Shown: one piece after another, positions 38,436 through 50,569 of the stretch
Position numbering within the stretch: the first letter of the stretch is position 1
How the letters are laid out: each line of letters opens with the position of its first letter
DNA from: Trichodelitschia bisporula
Lineage: Eukaryota
Direction of reading: 5' to 3'
Assembly (NCBI GenBank): GCA_010356995.1
Contig: ML996697.1
Coordinates: forward strand, 554,153 to 618,152
Length of the DNA: 64,000 nucleotides
Translations under genes and position numbers: made by a program
The notes under the pieces: model-generated
The model's input: only the letters and a program-made list of their open reading frames with translations
Database searches by the model: none
What the model was told of the DNA's origin: nothing

Positions 38436-39688
38436 TCAAAAGACGCTGATGTAGTTCCCGATCCTTTCCTTCTGGTTCTGTGCTATGCACTCCGCTATCC
38501 ACGTGATGTTGCGGATTTCCTAACGAACGGTCAGTGGATGCCTTTGATTGGGAGAAGGGGGCAACATGCCTGCTCGCGCAGCTTGACCCATGCGTACACG
38601 ACAGCATGCGTAAACTGCCGGGTGAAGGCCAGCTTTGAGATTTCCATCTCCTTCTGATAGAACAAATCTTCGAGGCTCTTGGTCTCGCCGCCTGCGCCGC
38701 CAGCCATGTTGCTGACCGCACCGCCGCTGCCCTGGCTAAGCCCGGTCTGGTCGAAGAAAGTCTTGTATTCAGAAACCCCATCGACCGCAAGCCGTACGCC
38801 CTCAACGTCGTCGGCGCGTGACAGAAGCAAAACACCCTCGGGATACAGCTTGCCGAAGTTGGGATACAGCTTCTTCCGGTCCTGCTTGGAGAGCTCGGTA
38901 CCGAACGAGTTAAGCGTGATGTTGATGCTCCGACGGTCTGCCTCGAATTCGAGAACCTCACTCATGACCTCCGCAGTTGGTGTCCCCTTCACATCGGGAT
39001 GCGTGTTGACCCATTGGTAAAAGTCTTCGAGATAGTTCTTGTACAGGGTATTGCGCACGATCTCAATGTTAAGCTCATCGAGATCGTGGTGACTCAACGA
39101 GCCCTTGAAATACGGTGCAAGAGGCGTCTCAATGAGCACCGAGTTGTAGAGCTCCTCGATGTTTGTGGCCACGCAAAGGACAGGCATTGTCTCAAACCAG
39201 CCCAACGGGTGGCAGCGTTCGAGCAGCTCACGCGTATCACGTTCGTGGAGCGTGCCTGTGATGAGAAGCGCAACATTATCGATCATGTAGCCGTAAGTCA
39301 GGTACTCCATGAACTTGGCCAGCGACCCGGTAGCGTTGGCCTGGAGATAGCGAAATTCGGCCACCAGCTTCTCCGTCGTCTTATCGGCGAGCGCGGAGGT
39401 GGAGGGGTTGGGTGGAAGCGAGGCAAGGAAATCGCCATACGCCGGCCCCAGCTGCAGCTTGACGTCTGGTAGCAGTGAGCATCAGCCTTTCCCAGATATA
39501 GGAGCAACCGTACCGTCTATCGTCTCGCATTGTGTGAGATTGTTGTAGTTCTGGCCGGTCAAGAGGGCGTTGCGGTATCCACGCACAACGCCTTCGATGT
39601 AGCTACGACGGTCAGCAGGCCTTTCCAGCAGCATAACAAGGTGGATGCACACGTACCCATTGGACACATTGTAGAACAGTCCCTCCAT
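38436..39688 (-). CDS. VMA6: V-type proton ATPase V0 subunit d; 4 exons, last intron GC-AG
   Basis: Starts MEGLFYNVSNGYIEGVVRGYR, contains CHPLGWF and FEADRRSINITLNSFGTEL, ends [29 protein letters not shown]. Introns 39603-39656, 39466-39513, 38520-38569. Confidence 0.97.
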
Positions 39689-40506
39689 GACAGGCAAAAG
39701 GGGTGGAAAGAGGGCGGTTTGGTGGAGGCTTTGTCTGGTTTGTCTTGCTTCGTCTGCTGTGACTTCGGTGCCTGGGCCGATGGGGGGGGTGGGCGGCGGA
39801 GAGCGGGAGCTTTGGCCAGGATGCGGTGGTAGTGACCCCTGCAGACCGACCTTTAACCGTTCCGCCAAGTCATGATGAGTGTGGCATGTGGCGCCTGTGG
39901 CACTTGTGGCGCTTGCGGTGTCAACGTACGGTGTGGCCGTGCAAGCCTTCTCAGGAAGGGGGAGATTGGCGGGGTTTTTTGGTGCCTTTGGGCGGGGGAG
40001 TACGTACCCGTCCACGTACCAAATACAAATACAACAACTGTGTCGTCCACTACGGTACCGTACCAACCATCAACCACTCTCATGATGTGCTAGACCTGCT
40101 CCAGATAAGATGTTCGCAGTTTGCTCTCGATGATTTTTGGTCTTGTCAAAACATATTTCGAAGCATTTGGTTGATCTGCAGGATAGAAACAGAGCCCAAG
40201 TTCTCGACTTTTGTATGGTGCCTGCCTCCACAACTCCGTGATATCTGCGAGGCGCAGTAATGGCTGTTTGGTGGAGGCTGGCACAACTGGTTCCCCAAGT
40301 CCTATGGTCCCAACTTCCTTCCCTTGAAGCTTGACTGACGTATCAAGCCTACGCGTGACACTCCATCATACGAGTAGGAGTAGGAGCAGGCAATAGCTCC
40401 CCACAACGTGTATAAAGTCGTCCTGCTCCCCTCACGTCCTCTTCCCTTTTCACCTCTCATCACACCGTAACTTTAAGCTCCCTGATTCGGACATCAACCA
40501 TCCGCC

Positions 40507-43444
40507 ATGCACGATCATATTTGCGGTTTCTACTACCTCATTGCTCCGGCACAACCCTACGGCTACGCACGCCGCTGCTACCTCCCCCAAGTCGGCGTGA
40601 AGGCACATGCCACGGTTCTGGCCAGCACCTCCCGCACCGTCCTTACCCAGACCTTTCAGACGCCCTCCACCAAAGGCGTCCGGCAGCTACGCTACACATT
40701 TCCGCTCTACGATGGTGTGTCTGTCGTCGGATTTACTTGTCATGTCAACGACCGCGTCATTACCGGCGAAGTGAAGCAAAAGGAAGTGGCCAAGGCTGAG
40801 TACCAGGCCGCCGTTGACCGCGGTGAGACGGCCGCCCTTTTGGAGCAGCTACCAGAAGCCTCGGACGTGTTCACGACGACCGTGGGGAATGTCCCACCCG
40901 GCGCTAGACTCCTCGTAAACATCACCTATCTCGGGGAGCTCAAGCATGACGCAGAAGTCGACGGCATCCGCTTCACCATTCCCACGAGCATCTCGCCGCG
41001 CTATGGGGATTATCCTGGCGAGCTTTGTAACACCGTGAGTTATGAGTCCGCTGGGAAAAGCTTCGAAGTGACGGTCGACACCACTCTGGCCAGCGGCTCT
41101 TCCATCCGGGAAATGCGCTCCCCAAGCCACCCCATTTCTGTTTCGCTTGGGACCATATCGACTGCCCCCGACGCCGATGCACAACTCTCCAGGGCGTCCG
41201 CCACCCTCAGCCTCGGCTCCGCAGAGCTCGACAAAGACTTCGTACTGCAAATCGTCGCAAAGGAGACCTCAGTACCGAAGGCGTTGCTGGAGATGCATCC
41301 CACAATGCCAGGACACCGCGCCCTGATGGCTACCCTCGTGCCCAAGTTCTCGCTTCCCCAGCAGCGACCGGAAATTGTCTTTGTCTGCGACCGAAGCGGC
41401 AGTATGCATGGCACTAGTATCACGATGCTTGTTAATGCGCTCAAGGTGTTCTTGAAGTCACTGCCTCTTGGTGTCAAGTTCAACATATGCTCCTTTGGCT
41501 CGAGATACAAATTCCTCTGGTCCAAGAGCAAGTCATATAGCAAGGATACCATGAACGAGGCTGTGCGTCATGTCGAAGGCTTCGATGCCGGCTTTGGCGG
41601 CACCGAGATACTGCAACCCCTCAAGGAAACCATCAGCCGCCGCTACCGCGACATGCCACTCGAGGTATTTCTGGTAACTGATGGCGAGATATGGCAGCAA
41701 CAGGAACTCTTTGACATGCTTAACAACAAGATAATCGAGGAAAAGGCCCCCATGCGTGTCTTTACTCTAGGTATCGGCTCTGACGTGTCGCACTCCCTCA
41801 TCGAAGGCGTTGCCCGGGCTGGCAATGGCTTTGCGCAGGCTGTAGGCGACAACGAGAAACTCGACGGCAAGGTTGTGCGTATGTTGAAGGCTGCTCTGTC
41901 TCCGCATGTCGGCGACTATACACTTGAGCTGAAGTATGGTGACGATGACTTTGAGGCTGTCCAACAGACTGCTAGCGAGGCTGTCAAAGAAGCGACTGAT
42001 GAGGCCCAAAAGGTATGTTTATCGCCCTGTCCTTGCGCTATTTCTCATGTCTTTTCAGCTATCAAGACGCAAGAGCCTCCAAATTCTGAAAGACATGGTG
42101 ATTTCTTATAATCTTTGCCTTGCCCATTCTAACTTGGTACAGGTAATGAAGCCAATCTCGCTCTTCGACACATCGGCCAAGCTGGACGACGATCCCAAGA
42201 AAGGAGACGAAAAATACTACCATCTGCCAGAGGTGCCCGCTCCGAGGATTATCCAAGCTCCACACCGCATTCCGCCGCTCTTCGCGTTCTCTCGCACGTC
42301 GATTTACCTGCTATTGTCGCCATCAACCTTGGACCGCACGCCGATCTCTGTTGTTCTTCGTGCCACCTCGTCATACGGCCCGTTGGAACTGGAGATTCCA
42401 GTGGACCAACTCGACCAGCCCGGCGAGACGATACATCAACTCGCCGCCAAAAAGGCCATTGCCGACCTGGAGGAAGGCCGCGGCTGGCTGACAGAGGCCA
42501 ATGGCGCCAGCGGCACGCTACTCAAGACCGAATATCCGGGGCAGTTTGAGGACCTCGTTGAACGCGAGGCTGTTCGGCTGGGCATCCAGTACCAAGTCGG
42601 CGGGAAGAACTGCTCATTTGTGGCTGTGCAGAAGCAATCTTCGAGCCAACCTGAGGCCGTGGACGCCGAGTACGACTTCATTGACGACATTGACGGCCTC
42701 ACACTCAGCGAAGGCGATGAGGGCGGCCCTGGCTCGGCGGGTTACACTGACATCAGGTGTACATCTCCACCGATGACCTCTCGTAGTCTTGGAAACGCGC
42801 GCCTTGGAGGCGCCGTCAAGAGCAAGAAGGCGAAAGGGGGGGCGTTCGGCAGCGTGCTCAGAGGCGGGTATTTTTCCGGGCTGCGTCCCACGTCGGCGGC
42901 TGCTCCGCCTTCCGCCTCTGCTCCGGTACCGTTTTCATTAACGGCCGCTACGAGAACACTTCGTGCTCGTGCCTCTTCGCCAGGATACGCCGCCCAGCTG
43001 AGTCAGCACAGTACTCCTGCACCAGGTGACGCTGATAAAGCGACTTCATACGCTCCTGTCAGTTATGGCTCCGAAAGTCACACCTCTGAGCTTCGCTCCC
43101 TGGAGCGTAAGGTCTCGGGAGAAGCAGAGCATGAAGTCGAGGGTGGTGGTTCCGCAATGCAGTCACTTGTGGACCTGCAGACCTTTGAAGGGTTCTGGGA
43201 GAGCAACCAACGCTTCTGGGCCATTGTTCACGTAGATGCCTGGGCATTGCTGAAAAAATACCCGCATTTTAAGCCTAACGTCCTGGCGACGGCTGTGGCG
43301 ATTCACTTTTTCCAAGCCAAGCTTGCAGGGGAAAAGGAGGGGTGGGAGCTGCTTGTGGACAAGGCACGGTCGTGGCTTGAAAGCACCATTGGGGGCGATA
43401 AGGTAGACGAAGTGACCGCGATTGCAGAGAAGGTCATTTCTTAG
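40507..43444 (+). CDS. VIT + von Willebrand factor A domain protein (VWA5A-like)
   Basis: VIT region YTFPLYDGVSVVGF and MIDAS motifs DRSGSM, GGTE, VTDGE, FTLGIG. Splicing is either one intron 42013-42142 or two introns (42013-42058, 42098-42142) around a 39-nt exon. Confidence 0.92.
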
Positions 43445-45387
43445 CTGGTTGATAGCTTACATACCATTCTGCGTACGATTGAATTTGACGAATGCTAGCA
43501 ATGACAACATTGTTACTACCACCATTACTGCAAATGCATGTTCAGTGCATTTGTCTCGAGCAGATGCACAAGTATGGAGGGAGTAATTCGTACCTTCTAA
43601 ATCATGCATATGATTTGGAATAATAAGACAAAAATGGCAAAAGAGTTTTCGCAGAACCGTGCCCTCCTTGTCCCCATTGCTCTGGAATGGAAGACATTTA
43701 GGGTGCCTTTCGCCTTCCGACCAGACCAGGCGGCGGCGAGAAAATCAAGATGAAAACACGATCGTTTCGCTGACAGTTTGTCGGGTCTCGATTTAGTTCC
43801 TGTCTCTGTTATCTCCCCGACACGATTCAACACTGGGGGTATCGATTGCAAAGTTTTAAAGCAAACGAGTTCTAGAGTAGCCCCCTAGAGGCGTCAAGAT
43901 TTCTTTGACTCCGCTTACCAGCCGCTGATGCGTCGCAGCCATATCACCGCCGTACCTGTCGAGACCCGTTTGATGCACCCGGGGAGCATCTGAGATACCC
44001 GCCTTACCTACGACCGTTTATTACTCGTAGTCCATTGTCACTAAGTGAAAGATGGGAGTCTCAGGTTTTTAAGTCAGCCAGGCCTTTCCGGATGGCCCGA
44101 GTAACGATTGAAATATGCCTAGACAAAATAAGAGCCACTCTAGATTGTCCATAGGGGCCTCGTCCCACTTCCATATCACATTTGAGAAATGATCAGCGGG
44201 AATGATTTACTTAGTGCTCCCCTTGGGATCACTTTTCTTTTCTTGTCCGGCCAAGTTTCACTATCAGCTAGCTCAACTGGATCGCTTTATGAGAGAAACG
44301 TCTGCCCATCGTTGTCGTCCGGTCAGCAAATGATAAACAAGATTTATGCAGCAAGTCCTGATAAAATGAGAGTATGGTAGATTGACAGACCGCGATAGTA
44401 ATACGGCCACAACGAGCGATATAAGTATATACGTAGCCAGTATATACACTTGAATGCTTTGGGTGCGTCTAATAAGCTGATCAAATTTTTAGGTATTATG
44501 ACCTGGCATACTTCGCTGGAGCTCATTATGTGTGAAACTGTGATTTCTACCTCGTGTAGGCTCGTATGGATTTTGGAGTGCGCGCCATAAGGGTTCCGAA
44601 AAGGCCTTGCAATCATCCTCTGGCCAGTGCGTTGAGCAAGCCGCAATAATAAAGTGGTTAACGATTAACATTATTATAGAGATGGCTGCCAGCCGCAATA
44701 TTAGCGGGTTACAAAAGAGCACAAAGACCTACCATAATTGTCCCAAAATCTCGTCTACAGTCTGTTATCAAGCCGGCAACCATTTGATTAGATGCAGCTC
44801 TCGAATTAAATTGATTAAAATACTCCCTGCTTAGGTAATTGGGAAAAAGGTGAGGCGCATATGTAATTGATCACAGCTTTGTTTTTAAGATACGTTCAAT
44901 GTTTGTGAAGCTTCTTCAGCTATCTCACTTGGTATGATGGATGTGTCTACTTTTCAACCCTGAGGCGTGTGTTTCTTTGAGCGCCAGTGGGCAAAAATAA
45001 CGTCAAGATTTTCCGCATTGGCTCACCACCGACCCGTGACAATTCACCGTGGCGCTGCATTGAATATACCCCACGCTCTTTTAAACACGCCTTCATAGCC
45101 TCCGACTCCCCTTGTCATATGCCAAACCTTAAAAGAATTCTAGTGCCAACTGGCGTCATGTACCACACGCAAAATGCGGCATAAATGCTTCGAGTTTCTC
45201 TTTCCTGAACCACCTCGAGGGACAGTAACTTGATACTCTTTACATTTTGCGCAACAGCAAGAAGAAAAGTTCTTCAGCTACAAACTTTGCAGTATCTATA
45301 GCATCTGCCGTTCTCGTCGCACGAATGCAAGTAAAAGTAAATACATAACTGAAGTTAAATCTTGAGTCGCAATGCACTGGTTCATTG

Positions 45388-45544
45388 TACTAAAAGCGTC
45401 CTCGCTGGAGTTTTCACAACGGGTGGACTAACTTGAGAGCAAAGTTTATTAGCACACTTCTATGGAAAGAAGTTCTGTGTAAATAAAATTTGCCGTTTAA
45501 TTGGTCCACCAGTTCTGAGAACCCCAACGAGGACGCCCGAAGTA
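45388..45544. mobile_element. Foldback/MITE subfamily B, copy 1 (outer termini eroded)
   Basis: Arm tactaaaagcgtcctcgctggagttttcacaacgggtggac pairs with gtccaccagttctgagaaccccaacgaggacgcccgaagta. Internal acttgagagcaaagtt is shared with the copy at 50.46 kb. Confidence 0.75.
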
Positions 45545-45740
45545 TTTTAACAACGGCATGGGTACAACCAGAGGCGAAGACGCAGAGTACGCACATTGCG
45601 TAATTCTGAAGAAACAGAAGACGGCGCGAGAACAGCTCATCACAAATGCCCAATACTAGACCCCTGTTTGGCATGCGGTGTAAACAATATTCCGCTTAAG
45701 GTAGGAGGTGACTCTTGTAGTAGCCCTGCTCCTTTGTATT

Positions 45741-45963
45741 TATCCCTTATACGGCCCAGGTACTAGACTGAGTACTTACCTAGGTACTTGCCCAGGTACA
45801 AATTGCAGTCATTGACCAGTCAAAGAGCTAGGATTTGTTACACAAACTGAAAATCTTTGACGGAACTTAACTCTAGCTCTTTGATTGGTTGGTGACTGCG
45901 ATTTGTACTAGGGCAAGTACCTGGGCAAGTACCCGGGCCAGTACCTAGCCCGTACATGGGATA
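45741..45963. mobile_element. Foldback/MITE subfamily A, complete copy (223 bp)
   Basis: Imperfect 91-bp inverted arms at 45741-45831 and 45873-45963. Termini TATCCC...GGGATA. Internal 12-bp units GGTACTTGCCCA. Confidence 0.85.
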
Positions 45964-47220
45964 GCCTCAGCCTTCCACGTTGTCCTTGCTCATGCTCGCT
46001 AGTACGCAGTACAACGAATAACACGGCAAAGTTTGAAATGATTAATGGTTTAATATTCGTCGTGTGGAAAAGATTCCTTCATAAGGCGATACACAATTCT
46101 CTACACCCGCAGAGAGGCACGCTCATAAGTTTGGCCCCATCGTCTGGCACCTCAAGCACTAATTCATTGCACTGCAGGCGTCATCCTGGGCCTCCTCGCA
46201 GCGGGCGGACGAATCAAAGAATAAATATTTTTAATAAATCGGTTCTTTAAAGAAGCATTGCTGTGTGATCGGCATTAACTACGAGGAATCAATTGAGGGC
46301 GCCCGCCGCAGAGGTGATATCACCCTTATAACATAAAATTTCGACACTTTGCCCAGCCCGGCGCACCTTAAGGGGAGAGCTTGTTATTCTACAAGTTTTG
46401 AGTGGCTTTGATCGAGTACCTAATTCTGATTTCTTGAACCCGTGGACTTCTAATCGGGTAGCTTTGGGGGAAGGGGGTCCCAGTAAGGTAAAACAGGGGA
46501 CAGATGTAGTGCCGCACACGAGCCCGCTTGTAGATCCCAGACCGACTGTCCCGCAACGACGACCCTCTACAAATCAGCACTAGATAAATGCAGAACCTCT
46601 GTCCGGGAATAAGGAAATGCTGGGGCTTCATCTTAGAAGTCTGTTAAATTTCTTTGCATTGTTGCTAGCTGATATTCCTTCCTAATCTCAGAGTGTCCCA
46701 CATTTCCTTTCCTCGCGTAGGCCTGTTTTGAATCCCTTGAACTGTTTTCCGAATGGTCCAGAGTCATTTTACTGGTCTGGGGTAATTCCGACATCTTTCG
46801 CCCTGCTCTCTACTGATGTCTTTGAGAATATTGCGCGTTTTTCCTAATAAAAGGAAAATCGGAAACAAACAAGCCGGGTGCCCTAGCGGCTGTGTAGTAG
46901 AAAACTGTGGCACACTGACATCACTCGGATTTATTGGCAACTTAGGTCACGCGCAGTCCATACGACGATCAGCTGCGTGATAACTCATACTTTGAAGACC
47001 AAGTGGGTAATTCACTAAGAGTGGGTGTTCAAGAGAAGCGGGGCATTTTTACCATCCGCACCGTGGAGGCTTGCGGTGCAGATTCGAGGGTTACAGCCTG
47101 CATGGCCAAAATCAAGCAATCGGTTATCAAGCGAACCCAGAACTGTTAACCGTGCACCAGCTCGAATGTATTTTGCGTAAGACGGCATAGTAAAACTGCA
47201 ATACATGAGGAAGAACGCTA

Positions 47221-47745
47221 TCAGCGCAACTTAGAGCGTGCCCCGTCAATAAAGTCCTCCGTAGTGGTAAACTGCGTCCGGTGAATCCAGAACTGAGCCG
47301 TGATGAGGTCGTAGTAGGACTTGCCATAACGATCCGCGAGAGCCACCCAAAGTTTCGCGCACATTGACTGGGTTTGACCGGAGTATATCATGTGTTGGGA
47401 TATCTCCAGAGTCGTGTTGTTAAGCAGCTATATTTTTATAGCACGGTTGAGACGCAAGCCGAGCTCAGTATCTGGAAGAACGAAGGTCTCGTTGACAACC
47501 TTCCAAAGATCAAACATGAGAAGGTGGCTACGTGCCAAGTCAGCCTATCGATCGTGGTTATCTGGACCATAGAGCTTCTCTGACAGGGCCGGCAGGGTCA
47601 GACAAGCTATAAGCAAGGTTTCAATCTCCCTGTCAAGCTTTTCATTGTCTACCACCAGGAGTTCGTTCATTGCGTGGTCACGGCAGGGTGATGAGCGTCG
47701 TGATGAGAACCGACCGTAGTCATCATGGGACTGGACATGCGGCAT
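47221..47745 (-). mobile_element. Degenerate Ty1/Copia-type gag fragment
   Basis: One frame reads KLYGPDNHDR*ADLARSHLLMFDLWKVV...AKLWVALADRYG...FTTTEDFI. This fits the Copia gag pattern L-G-NY-W...LW-VV...A-LW-L-RY, with stop codons. Confidence 0.6.
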
Positions 47746-49280
47746 TATTGAGTGCGTAGGCGCTGTTCTCGGTGTAAAACCCGTCTGAAATTTTGAGAAT
47801 TGGTTTGGAGGTCGTTTATCTTGCCAGCAAACAACTCTGAGCGAATAGCCTGATGGAATAGATTAGGATTGACTAACTGAACGTATGCTTTGTGAAGCTG
47901 ATACGTGTCGGATGCTCTCTGGGTGCAAGTCGCCGCCCTGCTTGCCAAGACGTTGTGCCGCGGCTGGTTGGTTTGTTCCTTTGTGCTGCCTTGGCATGCA
48001 AAAGGGCGACCACATTGATTGCAGCAAACTCCACTCTCCCTTCCCTGCTTGAACATTTTATCTAAACATAACCGTCCTTCCAAATCATGCCCCGTTGGTA
48101 ATGGGCACAGCTTTAGAAGCTTCTTATTCTATCTATTCTCGGGAATACGTTCCAAAGCGGTGTTTATGTGCTAACAAGTACTAGTTTAAGTGCGCGCTAC
48201 TGTACACAAATAGCACTGTTCGATGTGCGTCGGTTAAGAAGCAATGAAGTCTGCGTAGTACAAAGTAAGACGAAACTCTGAAAACATTTCTCCTTCCATT
48301 AATCATATCCTTACACCTCTGGTAAGCTGCAAATGCTCAACTGCTCCATCCGGTTGTTTCCAGACTTGTGAATTGGGCACCAGAGGATTTCATCATTTAT
48401 ATCAACCCTATCCATTTTTGCAATAATTGCTTTCAGGTGACTGGAGCGGATACGTATCTAGAACATTTTGGGATGCCTTCCTATCAACTCCCACAACGGC
48501 GGCTCAATCCTGTTGATGGTAATTAAGTCTAAAAAAGAGGATGGAAAGAAAGGAAACCGTACATAGAGTGAGAGGGGCAACACCACGTAGCCCGGCCACG
48601 TAAAGGATGGTAGGACGATGGCCTTATTGGCTCATCAGACATAGAGTACCTAAATCACTAAAGCTAGATTGCCGGAACTGCTAAGTGTCCCAAGTTTTGC
48701 TCCAGAGCAGCGGTGGCATATACAAGTCGTTCCGCAGGTTCGACTCTTTTCGCCCCAACTTCCACGGACTGGTATCCAAGGAGGAGCCACACATATCCTC
48801 GCCTGGGCTTGCCAGTTCAGCCTCCGACCATAAGTAGGTATTCAAAAATTAATAGCCGTCCGGTATCGCATTGCATAGCATGGCGAAAATGCGCAAAGAA
48901 TTAAAATTGAAATAGCTCGCATGCGATGGCCACGAAAAAGAAAATATTGTTGCAGAGACATCGTGAAGTTTCACATTATCTCCCGCAGTCCGGACATGTA
49001 CTTCATCTATCGCCTCTGGGTTAAATCCCTCAGAACCGGGGACCTGTTGGCGACACCCCCAAAAGCTAGATTACACGCCTTATTTGGACGTTCCCCGACC
49101 CAACTAATCTGAGAACTGGATATTGAGAAAGTCCTCATTACCTAAGCTAGCAACCTTGCACCACGTCCATTAGTATATGTGTGAATCGCTAGATATCTCC
49201 AATTCTTTCCTAGTCAGCCATGGGGTCATGTGCTCCCGGGAGCGAGCTGGGCAATGTTTGCTGCCCTTACCTACGGAACG

Positions 49281-49454
49281 TATCCTTCGTACTGCGGGCG
49301 TCCTGACTGGCGACCTCCTAGCTGACGGGCCAATCAGAGAGTGCAACTTGCTTTGCAGAACGTTTCTGCAAAACAAGCTTGCTCTCTGATTGGTCCACCA
49401 GTTAGGAGGTCCCCAGCTAGGATGCAAAAGTGGACGCTCACAGTACAAGGGATA
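49281..49454. mobile_element. Foldback/MITE subfamily B, complete near-palindromic copy (174 bp)
   Basis: Termini tatccttcgtactg...cagtacaagggata. Arms ccaatcagagag/ctctctgattgg. Centre ttgcagaa-cgt-ttctgcaa. Confidence 0.85.
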
Positions 49455-50311
49455 CGACAGCATCACTAAAAATGCGTCCTTCCAGATAATAAATTTGGGG
49501 GCGTAAGCAACGCGGATTTGGATTGTAGCCAGTTCACGTGAATTATTTTTTTACTTTAGATAGGGCTCCTCAAGGCCCATGCAGGCGGCTGGGCAACTAG
49601 CGAGTTAAACCACAGCATGAAGCTCCTCGAACCAGTTTATCGGTTAAAAACAACATAGGAAAAAGAACTATTTGCAACTACTCTGATCGTGTCAGAAGTG
49701 CTTCAGGCAGGGAGGTACAGATCTTTCGCATATTATGTGGAGCACCTGAAGGTGAGACTTTATGGCCGATATCAGCGCCAGCTTTCCCAGATTGAACGGT
49801 ATCGCGGCTTGCGCGAATCCCTATGGTACTTGCACAACCGTTTCCAGCATGTATGCTCAAGGCTCCCTAATCTACTGCAACCTGTATCAGGCCGTTGCTG
49901 ATGACCTCTTACATTTATGATCTTTGATCCATAGGATATTTTGGCTATGCAGCCTCAAGCCGTTGTTCATAGTGGACGGGACATCCTACAGCAGCTTTCA
50001 GAGCAGCATTGCTAAGCCCTAGGCAATAGCTCCCAGCAGCTCCCAACAGCTTTTCAACTCCCAACTTCCTTTTGACCAGTATTGGTCAACCACCTCCTGA
50101 TTAGTAGCATCAATCCACACATACCTCCAGCGCCTAGAGGGACTATTGAGGCATTTGCGCCAATCAATAAAGATCCTTACATCCGGCCTACGTTCGTTCC
50201 CCCCTAGAGTAATCAATTCTCCGCGGGTGTTTCAAGCGAGATGTAAGACAAAATGACTTGCGTCATCGACCCAATAAATGATGGCTAGGCTCGCCGCACG
50301 TGATAATATAT

Positions 50312-50419
50312 CTGGAGTTTTGTTCTGTAACGAAATTTCAGTTTCTGCAACACATCATCGCTTTTGATTGTAGGATAATTACGAGCACCTGGGCAAGTAC
50401 CTGGGCTGTAAAGGGGATA
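50312..50419. mobile_element. Foldback/MITE subfamily A, truncated copy inverted relative to the 45.7-kb copy
   Basis: The centre matches the reverse complement of about 45820-45876. The arm reads ctgggcaagtacctgggctgtaaaggggata. Confidence 0.7.
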
Positions 50420-50569
50420 CTGCTAGCGTCCTCGTTGGCTTTTTTGTAACTGGCCAATCAACTTGAGAGCAAAGTTCATTTGAATAACCGGTCTGTAAAA
50501 TAATATTACACTTGGATTGGTCCGCTAGTTACGAAAACGCCAGTGAGGATGTCCACGGTACAAGGGATA
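50418..50569. mobile_element. Foldback/MITE subfamily B copy abutting the subfamily A copy
   Basis: tactgctagcgtcctcgttggc...ccaatc pairs with gattggtccgctagttacgaaaacgccagtgaggatgtccacggta. Ends caagggata. Confidence 0.78.

Noticed and set aside
1792..42142. Several 3n, stop-free introns (GT90, FHA x2, IFRD, VMA6, vWA)
   Set aside because: The number is about what chance gives for ~50-nt introns. There is no evidence of regulated retention.
44189..44834. Hydrophobic short ORFs suggesting a membrane-protein pseudogene
   Set aside because: I found no recognisable motif or consistent frame. AT-rich DNA readily produces such peptides.
49685..49940. Kinase-like words REVQIFRIL, LWYLH and DL*SIG in different frames
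   Set aside because: There is no HRD, DFG or APE motif, and the spacing is far too short for a kinase domain.
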